Source of the DNA: Synechocystis sp. PCC 6803 substr. PCC-P
GTDB lineage: Bacteria; Cyanobacteriota; Cyanobacteriia; Cyanobacteriales; Microcystaceae
Reading direction: 5' to 3'
Length of the DNA stretch: 32,000 bases
Assembly: GCF_000284455.1 (NCBI RefSeq)
Contig: NC_017039.1
Coordinates: forward strand, 360,001-392,000
Translations under genes and position numbers: made by a program
The notes under the pieces: model-generated
Databases searched by the model: none
What the model was told of the DNA's origin: nothing
What the model saw: only the letters and a program-made list of their open reading frames with translations
Shown here: positions 9,149 through 18,992 of the stretch, piece after piece
Layout: each line of letters opens with the position of its first letter
Numbering within the stretch: position 1 is the first letter of the stretch

Positions 9149-10219
9149 ATGAATCCAATAGTAAAAGCTCCCACTCTTAATGATTTGCCAGCTCCCCCAC
9201 CGGGTAAAACAGGCTGGCCCTGGACAGAGCAAAATGAAGCTTTACCGGAAAAAATGCCTGATGGTTCGGATTGGCCAAAAATCAGTATTGTTACTCCTAG
9301 TTATAACTATGGTCAGTTTATCGAAGAAACTATTCGTTCTGTTTTACTACAAGGCTATCCTAACCTTGAGTACATAGTCGTTGACGGTGGTTCGACAGAT
9401 AACACAGTTACAATTATTCGAAAATACGAAAAATATTTGAAATACTGGGCAAGTGAGCCCGATCATGGACAAACAGATGCTATTAATAAGGGGTATCGTT
9501 ATTGTTCAGGAGACGTGTTTGCCTGGCTCAACGCCGACGATCTCTACTATGATCAATCTACACTTTTGAAAGTTATCAACTTTTATCAAAAAGGATACGA
9601 TTTAATTGTTGGTGAATGTCTAAATATTAATGCTGATGGAACCCATTTTAATCAAGCAATTACATCCACAGAAAAATCAGATCCCACTTATTTCAAAAAA
9701 TATCTTCGATATTGGTCGTCTGGCTTTTTGCCACAGCCAGCAATCTTTGTAAAAAAAGAAATGGCAGACCAATGTTTTCCACTAAGTATAGAGCTATACT
9801 ACGCCATGGATTTTCAATTTTTTCTAAGAGTCTTAAATCAAGAACCTAAGTCAGTTTGGATTCAAGAAAAACTAACTCGACTCAGATGGCATGAGGACAG
9901 TAAAACCATGGGAACAATATCACGAATAGACTTTCATGCAATAGTGCCAGAACCGGAGGTGCATAAAGTAGCTCTAGCAGAAGCTGAAAATTTACCAACT
10001 TGGCTGGAAAAAATATTTTTTCGAATCCAAGCATTTGATTATCTCTCTCTCCAACCTTATATAAATTCCTTGGACAATTTTCATTGGTTACAAATTACTA
10101 AAACCATTGTTAAAAGACCTACCCTGGCTGTTTGGCCATTATTTTGGAAAATATTTTTTCGATCTTTGCTTGGCGAACAAATTTATAAACTTCTAAAAAG
10201 AACTATTAGGACAAATTAG
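9149..10219 (+). CDS. Glycosyltransferase family 2
   Basis: 356-aa ORF with ISIVTPSYNYGQFIEETIRSVLLQGYPNLEYIVVDGGSTDNT and WLNADD. Confidence 0.85.
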   Translation: MNPIVKAPTLNDLPAPPPGKTGWPWTEQNEALPEKMPDGSDWPKISIVTPSYNYGQFIEETIRSVLLQGYPNLEYIVVDGGSTDNTVTIIRKYEKYLKYWASEPDHGQTDAINKGYRYCSGDVFAWLNADDLYYDQSTLLKVINFYQKGYDLIVGECLNINADGTHFNQAITSTEKSDPTYFKKYLRYWSSGFLPQPAIFVKKEMADQCFPLSIELYYAMDFQFFLRVLNQEPKSVWIQEKLTRLRWHEDSKTMGTISRIDFHAIVPEPEVHKVALAEAENLPTWLEKIFFRIQAFDYLSLQPYINSLDNFHWLQITKTIVKRPTLAVWPLFWKIFFRSLLGEQIYKLLKRTIRTN

Positions 10220-10284
10220 TTTAATGGGTTTCTTCAAGAGGCAATCTAATCAATTAATATCCCAAACTTGGTCTACCCAATCTT

Positions 10285-11490
10285 ATGGATAAAAAGCAAT
10301 TAAAAATCTTAATGGTATTACATATGCCTTGGGACGCTAACTTAGGGGGACCCAAACCCCAAATGGAGTTAGCAAAAGAATTCTCTAGACAAGGACATAT
10401 TGTTGAAAAATTTGACTACTATGATGCTTTTCCTGAAATAAAATCCTTGCCACCAAAATTACTATGGCTTTATAGGCTATTTATGCCAAGTTTTTCACAG
10501 AGAGCCAAAGAATATATTCAAAAACATGCTAACTTTTTCGACATAATTGATGCTCAACAGGGTAATTTACCCTTTTCCAAAGAAGAATTAAAATTCAATG
10601 GAACCTTGATTGTAAGAAGCGTTGGATTATATGCTTTTCATCAACAATTTCAAGAGCTTGTGCAAAAAACATGGAACTTATCTGGTAATAACAATGTATT
10701 TAAATTGTTGCTGCGGAAATTACGCAAAATTAAACAGAAAAAGCAAAATCAAAATTATTTATTAAGCTTTCAAAAAGCAGACGGAATAATTTTGATAAAT
10801 TCTGATGAGTTAGCTTATGTTCGTGATGTTTTAAACTTAGGTGACAAATCTGTTTATTTACCAAATGGATTGACAGAAAAACAGCATCAAGATTTTTTCA
10901 GAGAATCTAAATTGCCTAAAATTAGGTTGATGAATCAACAAATTGTTTTTGTCGGTTCTTGGGGGAATGGTAAAGGGGCAAGAGATTGGCCTGCGATTAT
11001 TAATAAGGTTCGAAATAAACTTCCATTTGCTAATTTTTTATTCCTAGGTACAAGTGGATATTCAAGAAGTGGTGTAGAAGGAATCATGAAAGACTTAAAT
11101 TATCCTTCATCAGATTGTCTCAGGATTGTACCAAGTTATAAAAACGCTAATTTGCCAACTCTTCTAAGTGAAGCAACTGTAGGCGCTTTTCCAAGTTATA
11201 TAGAGGGATTTCCTACTTCTATTTTAGAAAAACTGGCATCTGGTTTACCTGTTATTGCTTACGATATTCCAGGTACAAGGGAAGCTTTACGTCGCTTTGA
11301 TAATTTACTATTAGTTCCCGCTGGAGATGTTGAACAATTTAGCCAAAAGCTCATAAACTTACTGTGTCTGGACGAGACAAGCTATACAGAGTTGTCAAAA
11401 CAGTGTGTTGAAGTTGCTCAAAGTTTTGATTGGTCGAGTATTGCCAATGAAACCTTGAATGCTTACCACGATTTTAGGAGTAAACAATGA
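10285..11490 (+). CDS. Glycosyltransferase family 4 (GT-B)
   Basis: 401-aa ORF with VFVGSWGNGKG and PSYIEGFPTSILEKLASGLPVIAYDIPGTRE. Confidence 0.8.
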   Translation: MDKKQLKILMVLHMPWDANLGGPKPQMELAKEFSRQGHIVEKFDYYDAFPEIKSLPPKLLWLYRLFMPSFSQRAKEYIQKHANFFDIIDAQQGNLPFSKEELKFNGTLIVRSVGLYAFHQQFQELVQKTWNLSGNNNVFKLLLRKLRKIKQKKQNQNYLLSFQKADGIILINSDELAYVRDVLNLGDKSVYLPNGLTEKQHQDFFRESKLPKIRLMNQQIVFVGSWGNGKGARDWPAIINKVRNKLPFANFLFLGTSGYSRSGVEGIMKDLNYPSSDCLRIVPSYKNANLPTLLSEATVGAFPSYIEGFPTSILEKLASGLPVIAYDIPGTREALRRFDNLLLVPAGDVEQFSQKLINLLCLDETSYTELSKQCVEVAQSFDWSSIANETLNAYHDFRSKQ

Positions 11491-12509
11491 CCCAGTCTTC
11501 CCCACCCAAAATCTTAGTTACAGGAGGAGCGGGTTATATTGGCTCCAGTGTTGTCCGCCAGCTCGGTGAAGCAGGATACAGCATAGTCGTATATGACAAT
11601 TGTTCGACTGGTTTTCCCAGTTCAATACTCTATGGTCAACTTGTCATTGGCGATCTTGCCGACACCGAACGTCTTCATCAGGTATTTCATGAGCATGAGA
11701 TACTTGCGGTAATGCATTTTGCTGGTAGCTTAATAGTTCCAGAATCTTTAATTCATCCTCTTAACTACTACGCAAACAATACTAGTAACACTCTCAGTTT
11801 AATACGATGTTGTCAGATATTTGGTGTAAACCGACTGATTTTTTCAAGTACTGCTGCTGTTTATGGTAACTCCTCGTCTAATCCCATATCTGAAGCCGAG
11901 ATTCCCTGTCCAATAAATCCCTATGGTCGATCAAAATTAGCCAGTGAATGGATAATTCAAGATTATGCAAAGTCCTCTGCTCTACAATATGTAATTCTAC
12001 GTTACTTTAATGTTGCAGGAGCTGATCCAGAGGGGCGTTTAGGGCAAATGTCGAAGACAACTACCCATTTAGTACGGTCGGTTTGTGACGCAATTCTGAA
12101 TCTTAAACCCTCGCTAGATATTTTTGGCACAGATTTTCCAACCCGTGATGGCACCGCTGTTCGTGACTATATTCACGTAGAAGACTTAGCTAAGGCCCAT
12201 CTAGATGCTCTTCGTTATTTAGAAAACGGGGGAGAAAGTCAAATTCTGAATTGTGGTTATGGTCAAGGCTATAGCGTACGAGAGGTGGTTGATCGAGCTA
12301 AAGCAATCTCTGGGGTTGATTTTTTGGTCAGAGAAACAGAAAGACGTTTGGGCGATCCAGCTTCAGTTATAGCCTGTGCAGACTCTATTCGCCAAGTGTT
12401 AAATTGGACACCAAAGTACAATAACTTAGATATTATTCTTCGCACCGCATTAGCTTGGGAAATTAAACGAAATAATTTAAATAACAGACGTATTCATAAT
12501 ATTATTTGA
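11487..12509 (+). CDS. galE: UDP-glucose 4-epimerase
   Basis: 340-aa ORF with ILVTGGAGYIGS, STAAVYG, YGRSKLASE (YxxxK) and RYFNVAGA. ATGA overlap with the upstream GT. Confidence 0.9.
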   Translation: MTQSSPPKILVTGGAGYIGSSVVRQLGEAGYSIVVYDNCSTGFPSSILYGQLVIGDLADTERLHQVFHEHEILAVMHFAGSLIVPESLIHPLNYYANNTSNTLSLIRCCQIFGVNRLIFSSTAAVYGNSSSNPISEAEIPCPINPYGRSKLASEWIIQDYAKSSALQYVILRYFNVAGADPEGRLGQMSKTTTHLVRSVCDAILNLKPSLDIFGTDFPTRDGTAVRDYIHVEDLAKAHLDALRYLENGGESQILNCGYGQGYSVREVVDRAKAISGVDFLVRETERRLGDPASVIACADSIRQVLNWTPKYNNLDIILRTALAWEIKRNNLNNRRIHNII

Positions 12510-12795
12510 AAAATATATAACGATTCTGCATAATACTTGAAAAAATATAGAAGTTATTTATCCACCGATTAACCATTAGATTTTCAGATTTGATCGAAGG
12601 TTATTATAGCTATTCTTGACTATCTAATAAATGCATGGAGGTTACTAAACAATTTTCTTAAAACACAAAATTTTCACATGAATTACTTAGCATAAGATTA
12701 AGCAACAAAAATACTTTTTCATCGTCACCAAATTGCACCTAGAAATCAAAATCGTTTATGTTTACTAAACAAATCTTAAAACTATAAATGAGTAT

Positions 12796-13644
12796 TTGTA
12801 TAAAAATATCATGAAAACAACTATTAACGACTACATTGGTCAATTTATCAAAACAACTCCTGAATTTAAAGGTAAATGGAGAATTATTAGATATTGGATG
12901 AATCAAAATAAAGACCATAGAACCAAATATAGAATATTGCCAGGCGGCGAAAAAATCCTATGTGATTTGAGTATTCCTTACGAAGCTATGGTTTACTTAA
13001 AAAGAGAGGAGCAAAAAGACTTAGAATTACTCACTCAATTATTGAAGCCGTCAGATACTTTTGTTGATTGTGGTGCAAATATTGGTATTTGGTCTTTAGT
13101 TGCTGCTTCTAGAGTGAGTTATTCTGGCAAAGTATATGCTTTTGAACCCAATCCATCAACTTTTTAAAAATTATCGGACAATGTATCTTTATCAAGATTT
13201 AAGAATGATATTAATTTGATCTCCCAAGCCGTGGGCAATGAACAAAAAACAGTATTTTTTGAGTGCAATACTACTCATAATATTTCTTGTATTAAAGACA
13301 ATGCAACGCGAGATACACAAGAAGTTTTTTTAACCACAATAGATCAAGTTTTAGACGGAGCTATTGTTAACGGTATTAAAATAGATGTTGAAGGTTTTGA
13401 GCTTGAATGTTTGCAAGGAAGCTACAAGACCTTAATTAGATATCAACCCTGGTTATGTGTCGAATTCAATACTTTGTTAGCCAAAGTCAGCAAGTTGTCA
13501 GAATGGAACGTACATAATTATCTAAAAAAGTTAGGCTATAGATGTCGTCATTTTCACAATGCCCTTGACAAAAGTCAAGAAACTATTTTGTCTGACAATT
13601 GGGAAACGAAAGGCTATTGTAACTTGTTTTATTTCATTGAATAA
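12796..13644 (+). pseudogene. FkbM-family methyltransferase interrupted by a premature stop (two ORFs in the same frame)
   Basis: ORFs 12796-13167 (FVDCGANIGIWSL, AFEPNP) and 13216-13644 (IKIDVEGFELECLQG) are the two halves of one FkbM-type domain. Both starts are congruent mod 3. The likely true start is ATG 12811. Confidence 0.7.
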
Positions 13645-13653
13645 AAAATAATT

Positions 13654-14511
13654 ATGGTGAATCAACAAGAAGAAATTAATTTAAGTGTTGCTTTAGTGAC
13701 TCGTAATCGTCCTGATAGCTTAGAGCGTTGTTTAAAAAGTTTGCGAGATCAGAAAGTTCAACCTTTTGAAGTCGTGGTTTCAGACGACTCAGATGATTTA
13801 TATAAGAGTTCAACCAAAGAGATTGCTCAAAAATGGGGATGCCGTTACATCGACGGACCAAAGCGGGGACTTTATGCTAATCGTAACTATGTTGCCTTAG
13901 CTTGTTACGGTACTCATATTCGCACAATGGATGATGATCATGAATTTCCTGAACAACATATCGAAGTTTGTTTAAATGCTATTCAGTCAGATCCATCTTC
14001 TATCTGGATTATTGGAGAATATTCGCCAACATCGTCTATCGAAAACGCCCCACATCCCTGTCCTGGTCAATTACATCCTCGTGGTTTTTCTTTCTATCCT
14101 AAAGACACTCAAAATTGTTGGGCGATCGCCGATGGTGCTAGTATTTATCCGAAGAAAATTTTTGCATCAGGTTTAAGATTTGTTGAATACTATAAGTTTG
14201 GTGCTTCTTACTTAGAATGGGGGAGTCGTTTATATTATTTAAGCTATCGCATACGTCATTTAGATTCTACCTATATTATTCATCATTTTAATCCTAAAGC
14301 TCGGTCATTTTCTGACCAAGAAATGGATCAATCATCCAGATTTTTTGCGATGTTATGTCATTCGTTTCTATATCAATCAACTTTTAAAAATAAATGTCTA
14401 TTTTCCTATGAAATTTTGAAGCAATTTATTCTTGACCCAAAATTAACCATTAAATGCATAATAAATTCATGGTCAAATTTCGAATTATTTTCTAGGTCTT
14501 TTTGTGCTTAA
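13654..14511 (+). CDS. Glycosyltransferase family 2-like
   Basis: 285-aa ORF with LSVALVTRNRPDSLERCLKSLRDQKVQPFEVVVSDDS and MDDDH. Confidence 0.75.
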   Translation: MVNQQEEINLSVALVTRNRPDSLERCLKSLRDQKVQPFEVVVSDDSDDLYKSSTKEIAQKWGCRYIDGPKRGLYANRNYVALACYGTHIRTMDDDHEFPEQHIEVCLNAIQSDPSSIWIIGEYSPTSSIENAPHPCPGQLHPRGFSFYPKDTQNCWAIADGASIYPKKIFASGLRFVEYYKFGASYLEWGSRLYYLSYRIRHLDSTYIIHHFNPKARSFSDQEMDQSSRFFAMLCHSFLYQSTFKNKCLFSYEILKQFILDPKLTIKCIINSWSNFELFSRSFCA

Positions 14512-14520
14512 ATTTTAAAG

Positions 14521-14542
14521 GCTCAAAGTTTTTATTTTGAGC
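14521..14542 (+). terminator. Candidate intrinsic terminator hairpin
   Basis: GCTCAAA-GTTTTTAT-TTTGAGC (7-bp stem, 8-nt loop) lies 10 nt after the stop at 14511, followed by TATATTT. AT-rich, so only a modest call. Confidence 0.4.
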
Positions 14543-14645
14543 TATATTTAAAATCGAATAAATTTGATATGCATTGGCATGATCATAACACTTATTTTGT
14601 AAAGACTTTGCTTTACCACTTGGATAGTATAACCACTTAAAAACC

Positions 14646-15452
14646 ATGAGAAAAATTTTTTGTCAGAATGATTGGCCTGATAGCTGGAAATATAGTTATC
14701 CATACGATTTATTGGAAGTTTATGGTTCATTAAAGTTTCCTGGTTATGCTTATGCTTATGAAAGCCGAAGAAAGCATACATTAAATTTGATTAAGAGTGT
14801 CGCTAGGCCTGGAGCCAGAATTCTAGATGTAGCTGCGGCACAAGGCAATTTTACGTTAACACTAGCAGAAATGGGATACGAGGTTACTTGGAATGATTTA
14901 CGCGAAGAATTAATTGATTATGTCAAACTAAAATGGGAGTCAGGTACTGTTAACTATGCACCAGGAAATATTTTTGATTTGAATTTTGACGGGCAATTTG
15001 ACGTGGTTTTGATTGCGGAAGTAATCGAACATGTTGCTCATCCTGATAATTTCTTGAAAAATATTGCCAAAATGCTTAAGCCAGATGGTCATATTGTCTT
15101 AAGTACCCCTAATGGAGAGTATTTCAAAAATCATTTACCTAGATTTTCTGACTGTTCTGATCCTAGTCAATATGAAAAAATGCAATTTCAACCAAACTCA
15201 GATGGACATATTTTTTTACTTCATTTAGACGAGGTTGAACAACTAACACATCAAGCAGGATTAGTTATTAAAGAAGCTAGACTGGTGACTAATTCATTAA
15301 CAAATGGCCATATTAAACTACATTATTTATTAAAGTTTTTACCCAAGTCTTGGATTTTAGTTTTTGAAAATGTAACTTGCTCTATGCCCTTATCGATAAA
15401 GCGTAAATTGCACACGACAACCCTTGTTTTGTTGTCGCATAAGAGTGAATAA
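14646..15452 (+). CDS. Class I SAM-dependent methyltransferase
   Basis: 268-aa ORF with ILDVAAAQGNFTLTLAEMGYEV, DVVLIAEVIEHVAHP and GHIVLSTPN. Confidence 0.8.
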   Translation: MRKIFCQNDWPDSWKYSYPYDLLEVYGSLKFPGYAYAYESRRKHTLNLIKSVARPGARILDVAAAQGNFTLTLAEMGYEVTWNDLREELIDYVKLKWESGTVNYAPGNIFDLNFDGQFDVVLIAEVIEHVAHPDNFLKNIAKMLKPDGHIVLSTPNGEYFKNHLPRFSDCSDPSQYEKMQFQPNSDGHIFLLHLDEVEQLTHQAGLVIKEARLVTNSLTNGHIKLHYLLKFLPKSWILVFENVTCSMPLSIKRKLHTTTLVLLSHKSE

Positions 15453-15469
15453 AAATTCTATAATTTATT

Positions 15470-16432
15470 ATGAAAATAGCATTAATTTCTGGCATATCAG
15501 GACAAGATGGGGCATATTTAGCTCAACTACTAATTGAAAAAAGTTATGCCGTTTGGGGTACGTCAAGGGACGCTCAAATATCCAATTTCCGTAATCTCAA
15601 AATTTTGGGTATCCGGGAGTCTATAAAAGTCGTCTCCATGGCCTTAACAGACTTCCGCAGTGTCTTGCAGGTGGTTTCACAGGTCAACCCCGATGAAATT
15701 TATAACCTTGCCGGACAATCTTCCGTTGGTTTATCCTTTGAACAGCCCGTTGAAACTCTAGAAAGTATCACTATCGGCACCTTAAACCTATTAGAAGTTG
15801 TTCGCTTTTTGGACAAACCAATCAAACTCTACAGCGCTAGTTCTAGTGAATGCTTTGGAGATACAGGCAATTCCGCCGCTGATGAAAATACCGCCTTTCG
15901 TCCTAGGAGTCCCTATGCCGTGGCCAAGTCCGCCGCCTTTTGGCAAGTGGCAAACTATCGAGAAGCGTATAATCTATATGCGTGCTCCGGCATTCTTTTT
16001 AACCATGAATCTCCCTTGCGGCCAGAAAGATTTGTGACTCAAAAAATTATCGCTACTGCGTGTCGTATTGCCCAGGGCAGTCAGGAAAAGCTCTATTTGG
16101 GCAACACCAGCATCAGTCGGGATTGGGGATGGGCTCCAGAGTATGTCGAGGCTATGTACCTAATGCTCCAACAGGCAAAACCAGATGATTATGTCATTGC
16201 CACAGGGGCGAGTTATCTTTTACAGGATTTTGTGGAAATTACTTTCTCTTCATTGGGATTAAACTGGCGGGAGCATGTCATCATCGATCAAAGTTTATTT
16301 CGTCCTACGGATTTGGCAATGGGTAAAGCAAATCCCCGCAAAGCTCAGGAGCAATTGGGGTGGAAAGCAGAGTATAAAACCCCAGACGTGGTAAAAATGA
16401 TGATTAATGCGAGGTCAAATGGGAAATATTGA
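15470..16432 (+). CDS. gmd: GDP-mannose 4,6-dehydratase
   Basis: 320-aa ORF with ALISGISGQDGAYLAQLL, NLAGQSSVGLSFEQP, PRSPYAVAKSAAFW (YxxxK) and GILFNHESPLRPERFVTQKI. Confidence 0.9.
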   Translation: MKIALISGISGQDGAYLAQLLIEKSYAVWGTSRDAQISNFRNLKILGIRESIKVVSMALTDFRSVLQVVSQVNPDEIYNLAGQSSVGLSFEQPVETLESITIGTLNLLEVVRFLDKPIKLYSASSSECFGDTGNSAADENTAFRPRSPYAVAKSAAFWQVANYREAYNLYACSGILFNHESPLRPERFVTQKIIATACRIAQGSQEKLYLGNTSISRDWGWAPEYVEAMYLMLQQAKPDDYVIATGASYLLQDFVEITFSSLGLNWREHVIIDQSLFRPTDLAMGKANPRKAQEQLGWKAEYKTPDVVKMMINARSNGKY

Positions 16433-16484
16433 TACTCACAAAAACAAAGATCGGATATGAGAGTAATCGTTATTCAATTTTGCC

Positions 16485-17639
16485 ATGACAACCTCCCAAT
16501 TAAACCCCGTTGTGACCATTACAGCAAAAACCCATCCCTATGTCTGCGGTGTTGGGGACTATACGGTTAATTTGGTCAAATATTTTAATCAATATCAAGA
16601 CATCGAACTGAGCTTGCTAACTGGTAAAAGTTGTGAATCTTTTCATGGTGAAGTTCCGGTGTTTCCAGTGTTAGAAGGAAATACCCAAAAAGATTATGAA
16701 AAACTATTGAATTTGCTTAATCAAGCATCAGTAAAAATAGTTGTGTTGCAGTACGCTCCCTACCTATACAATTCTCAAGGATATGACCTAAATTTGGTGA
16801 ATTTCTGGAAACAATGTGCCCAGTCTATGCAGACTGTTTTGATAGTTCATGAAACCTATTATTGGTTTTTGCGCTATCCTGGTACCTGGTTTAAAGGGAT
16901 TGTTCAGGCTCATGCACTTAAAGCTTTAGCCTTGTCTAGTGATAGTATCTTTTGTGGCTCTGAGCAATATTCTCGGCAGCTTCAACGCTTAGTTCAAGAT
17001 CAAAAAATAATTTGCTACCTGCCCATTCCAAATAATATTGCTCCAAATATAATTTCATCCCAGCAAAAAGATAATTTACGTCAACAGTTGAATATTTCTC
17101 CAGATAGCTTAGTACTAACTCTGTATGGATGTATTGGTTCTATTCGTAAATCATGGGTGATTAAGTTAGATCGTTATCTCCGTTCCCGTTCTCTGTCCGT
17201 TACTTGGCTTTTCCTAGGAAATGCCCAGTCTCTGAACATATCTTGCACAAATCCTGTAGTTCGTCCTGGCTATCTCTCGGCGGACATTTTGTCTCAATAT
17301 CTGCAAATCAGTACCTTACTGATAATGCCCCATGAATTTGGGGTAAGCGCTAAAAGAGGGTCATTGATGTCTGCCATTGAACATAAACTACCTATCTTAG
17401 GAACTGATGGTGATTTAACTGACTCGTTTTTGAAAGATCAACCAAGTATATTTTTAGTACCTGATGGTATATATTCTAGTTTCCAATCAGAACTGATAAA
17501 AATTTTAAGTATGTTAAGTACAAAATCTGCCTTTGCTGATTTAACTGAAAAAACCTATGCTTATTACCAAGAAAATTTAAGTTGGAGAAACGTTGTTACT
17601 ATACTAAACCAACACGTTCATGCCCACCATAAGAATTAA
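16485..17639 (+). CDS. Probable glycosyltransferase (GT-B-like), weakly supported
   Basis: 384-aa ORF. The N-terminus VVTITAKTHPYVCGVGDYTVNLVKY resembles GT-B N-terminal motifs. Operon context; no clear catalytic motif recognised. Confidence 0.45.
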   Translation: MTTSQLNPVVTITAKTHPYVCGVGDYTVNLVKYFNQYQDIELSLLTGKSCESFHGEVPVFPVLEGNTQKDYEKLLNLLNQASVKIVVLQYAPYLYNSQGYDLNLVNFWKQCAQSMQTVLIVHETYYWFLRYPGTWFKGIVQAHALKALALSSDSIFCGSEQYSRQLQRLVQDQKIICYLPIPNNIAPNIISSQQKDNLRQQLNISPDSLVLTLYGCIGSIRKSWVIKLDRYLRSRSLSVTWLFLGNAQSLNISCTNPVVRPGYLSADILSQYLQISTLLIMPHEFGVSAKRGSLMSAIEHKLPILGTDGDLTDSFLKDQPSIFLVPDGIYSSFQSELIKILSMLSTKSAFADLTEKTYAYYQENLSWRNVVTILNQHVHAHHKN

Positions 17640-18951
17640 TAAATTAACGGATCCAGTCGTTTTTCTTCATATCCTATTTTTTTTAATTATTGCCTCCTCT
17701 AGCTTGACTTATTGGAAGATGTCTGATTATGCCGTCAATCAAAGCTGGGATGCTTATTTCTATAAATACAGTGATTACCTAGACTTGGTGCCTACTTGGG
17801 AAAAGATACTTAAAGATGCTTTTTCTCTGGTGTTACTACTGGCAAGCATATATTTCCCCCGAAGAAAAATTCTGGATTTTAGTCCCAATATAAACCTTCA
17901 GAGATATTATCTATCTTTCATCCTACTGTTTTTTTTGTCCCTATCAAACCTTTTTGCCAGTAGAGATGTCACTAATTTAACTCTATTCACCATAGTGGCG
18001 GTGATTAGGCCATTTTTAATTACTGCTTCTTTGCTATTTTTTTGCCATAAGCATCTCAATTTTTTTTATTTCAGAATAATTTTAGAATGCGTAAATATAA
18101 TTGGCATTATTCAGGTTTATCACTCTTTTCTTCAACGCAATAGTGCAATCATCAATAATGGTCTTGATTGGCTACATTCTGGCTCTGCGAGATCCGTCGG
18201 AACTTTTGCCGATCCCAATACCTTAGGACGCTTCTTAGCTCTACTGATAATGGTAAATCTTTTTATGCTTCCGCCTAATATAATTCGTTTTTTCTTAATT
18301 ATAAGTTATGGTATTGCTCTGTTTTTTACAGGGTCGCGAGCATCGTTGTTAATAATTGGCATATTCATTTTGTTATTTGTAGCTATAAAGCTATCTCGTC
18401 AATCCATAGCTTCAACTAGAGCTAAGAACTTAACTTTTGCCTTTTTGCTTACAGTCCCTCTTTTACAATTTCTTCTCTTAAGAATTAACCTTATCAGTAA
18501 CCGTGCAGATGACACTGCATCGCCTTTACAAGACGGTAGATATCATATTCTTTTCAACCTAATTAACCGACTCAATCCTTACGAATTCATTTTTGGCAAC
18601 TATTTAGGTTATGGCTCTAATGCATTGATCCTGACAGGTTATGATGGCAGTAATTTTTTATCTGACTCTACACCAGCATCTTTAATTGGTCAGTTTGGAA
18701 TCACAGGTCTGTTATTATTTATATTGATTGTAATAAACTTATTTAAGCAAACTCCTAGGCATATTAATATAAATAACAGTCAAGACTACCTAGTTCTAAC
18801 AGGAGATTTGCTACAAAGCAGAAATGCCCTATCTTTTTACCTTATTATTTCTTGTTTCACGACGATTATATTCGAGAGCTATGCTGTTATTCCAATTTTA
18901 TTGGGACTAATATTTTATGATAATTTAGATCTTAAAAACATCAAGTTTTAG
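17620..18951 (+). CDS. O-antigen polymerase/ligase-family (Wzy-like) polytopic membrane protein
   Basis: 443-aa ORF with many hydrophobic segments. The FFTGSRASLLIIGIF loop is typical of the O-antigen ligase/polymerase family. Confidence 0.7.
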   Translation: MPTIRINKLTDPVVFLHILFFLIIASSSLTYWKMSDYAVNQSWDAYFYKYSDYLDLVPTWEKILKDAFSLVLLLASIYFPRRKILDFSPNINLQRYYLSFILLFFLSLSNLFASRDVTNLTLFTIVAVIRPFLITASLLFFCHKHLNFFYFRIILECVNIIGIIQVYHSFLQRNSAIINNGLDWLHSGSARSVGTFADPNTLGRFLALLIMVNLFMLPPNIIRFFLIISYGIALFFTGSRASLLIIGIFILLFVAIKLSRQSIASTRAKNLTFAFLLTVPLLQFLLLRINLISNRADDTASPLQDGRYHILFNLINRLNPYEFIFGNYLGYGSNALILTGYDGSNFLSDSTPASLIGQFGITGLLLFILIVINLFKQTPRHININNSQDYLVLTGDLLQSRNALSFYLIISCFTTIIFESYAVIPILLGLIFYDNLDLKNIKF

Positions 18952-18992
18952 CAGTTTTCCTTGAAAGACCCTGGAAGTATTCCCAGCTTTTA

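Noticed and set aside
12510-12795. 286-nt AT-rich intergenic region with TTGACT (about 12617) examined for a promoter
   Set aside because: No convincing -10 box lies at proper spacing. It probably contains a promoter for the downstream genes, but I cannot place it from sequence alone.
14548-14781. 77-aa minus-strand ORF spanning the intergenic region and the start of the methyltransferase gene
   Set aside because: It lies in an AT-rich region, overlaps the start of a supported CDS and the candidate terminator, and has no motifs.
16457-16573. Short alternative-frame ORF starting MRVIVIQF upstream of the 16485 ORF, considered as a frameshifted true N-terminus of the glycosyltransferase
   Set aside because: The annotated frame already contains the expected GT-B N-terminal pattern (VVTITAK..P.VCGVGDYT) and its own ATG. 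The alternative frame ends after 38 codons.
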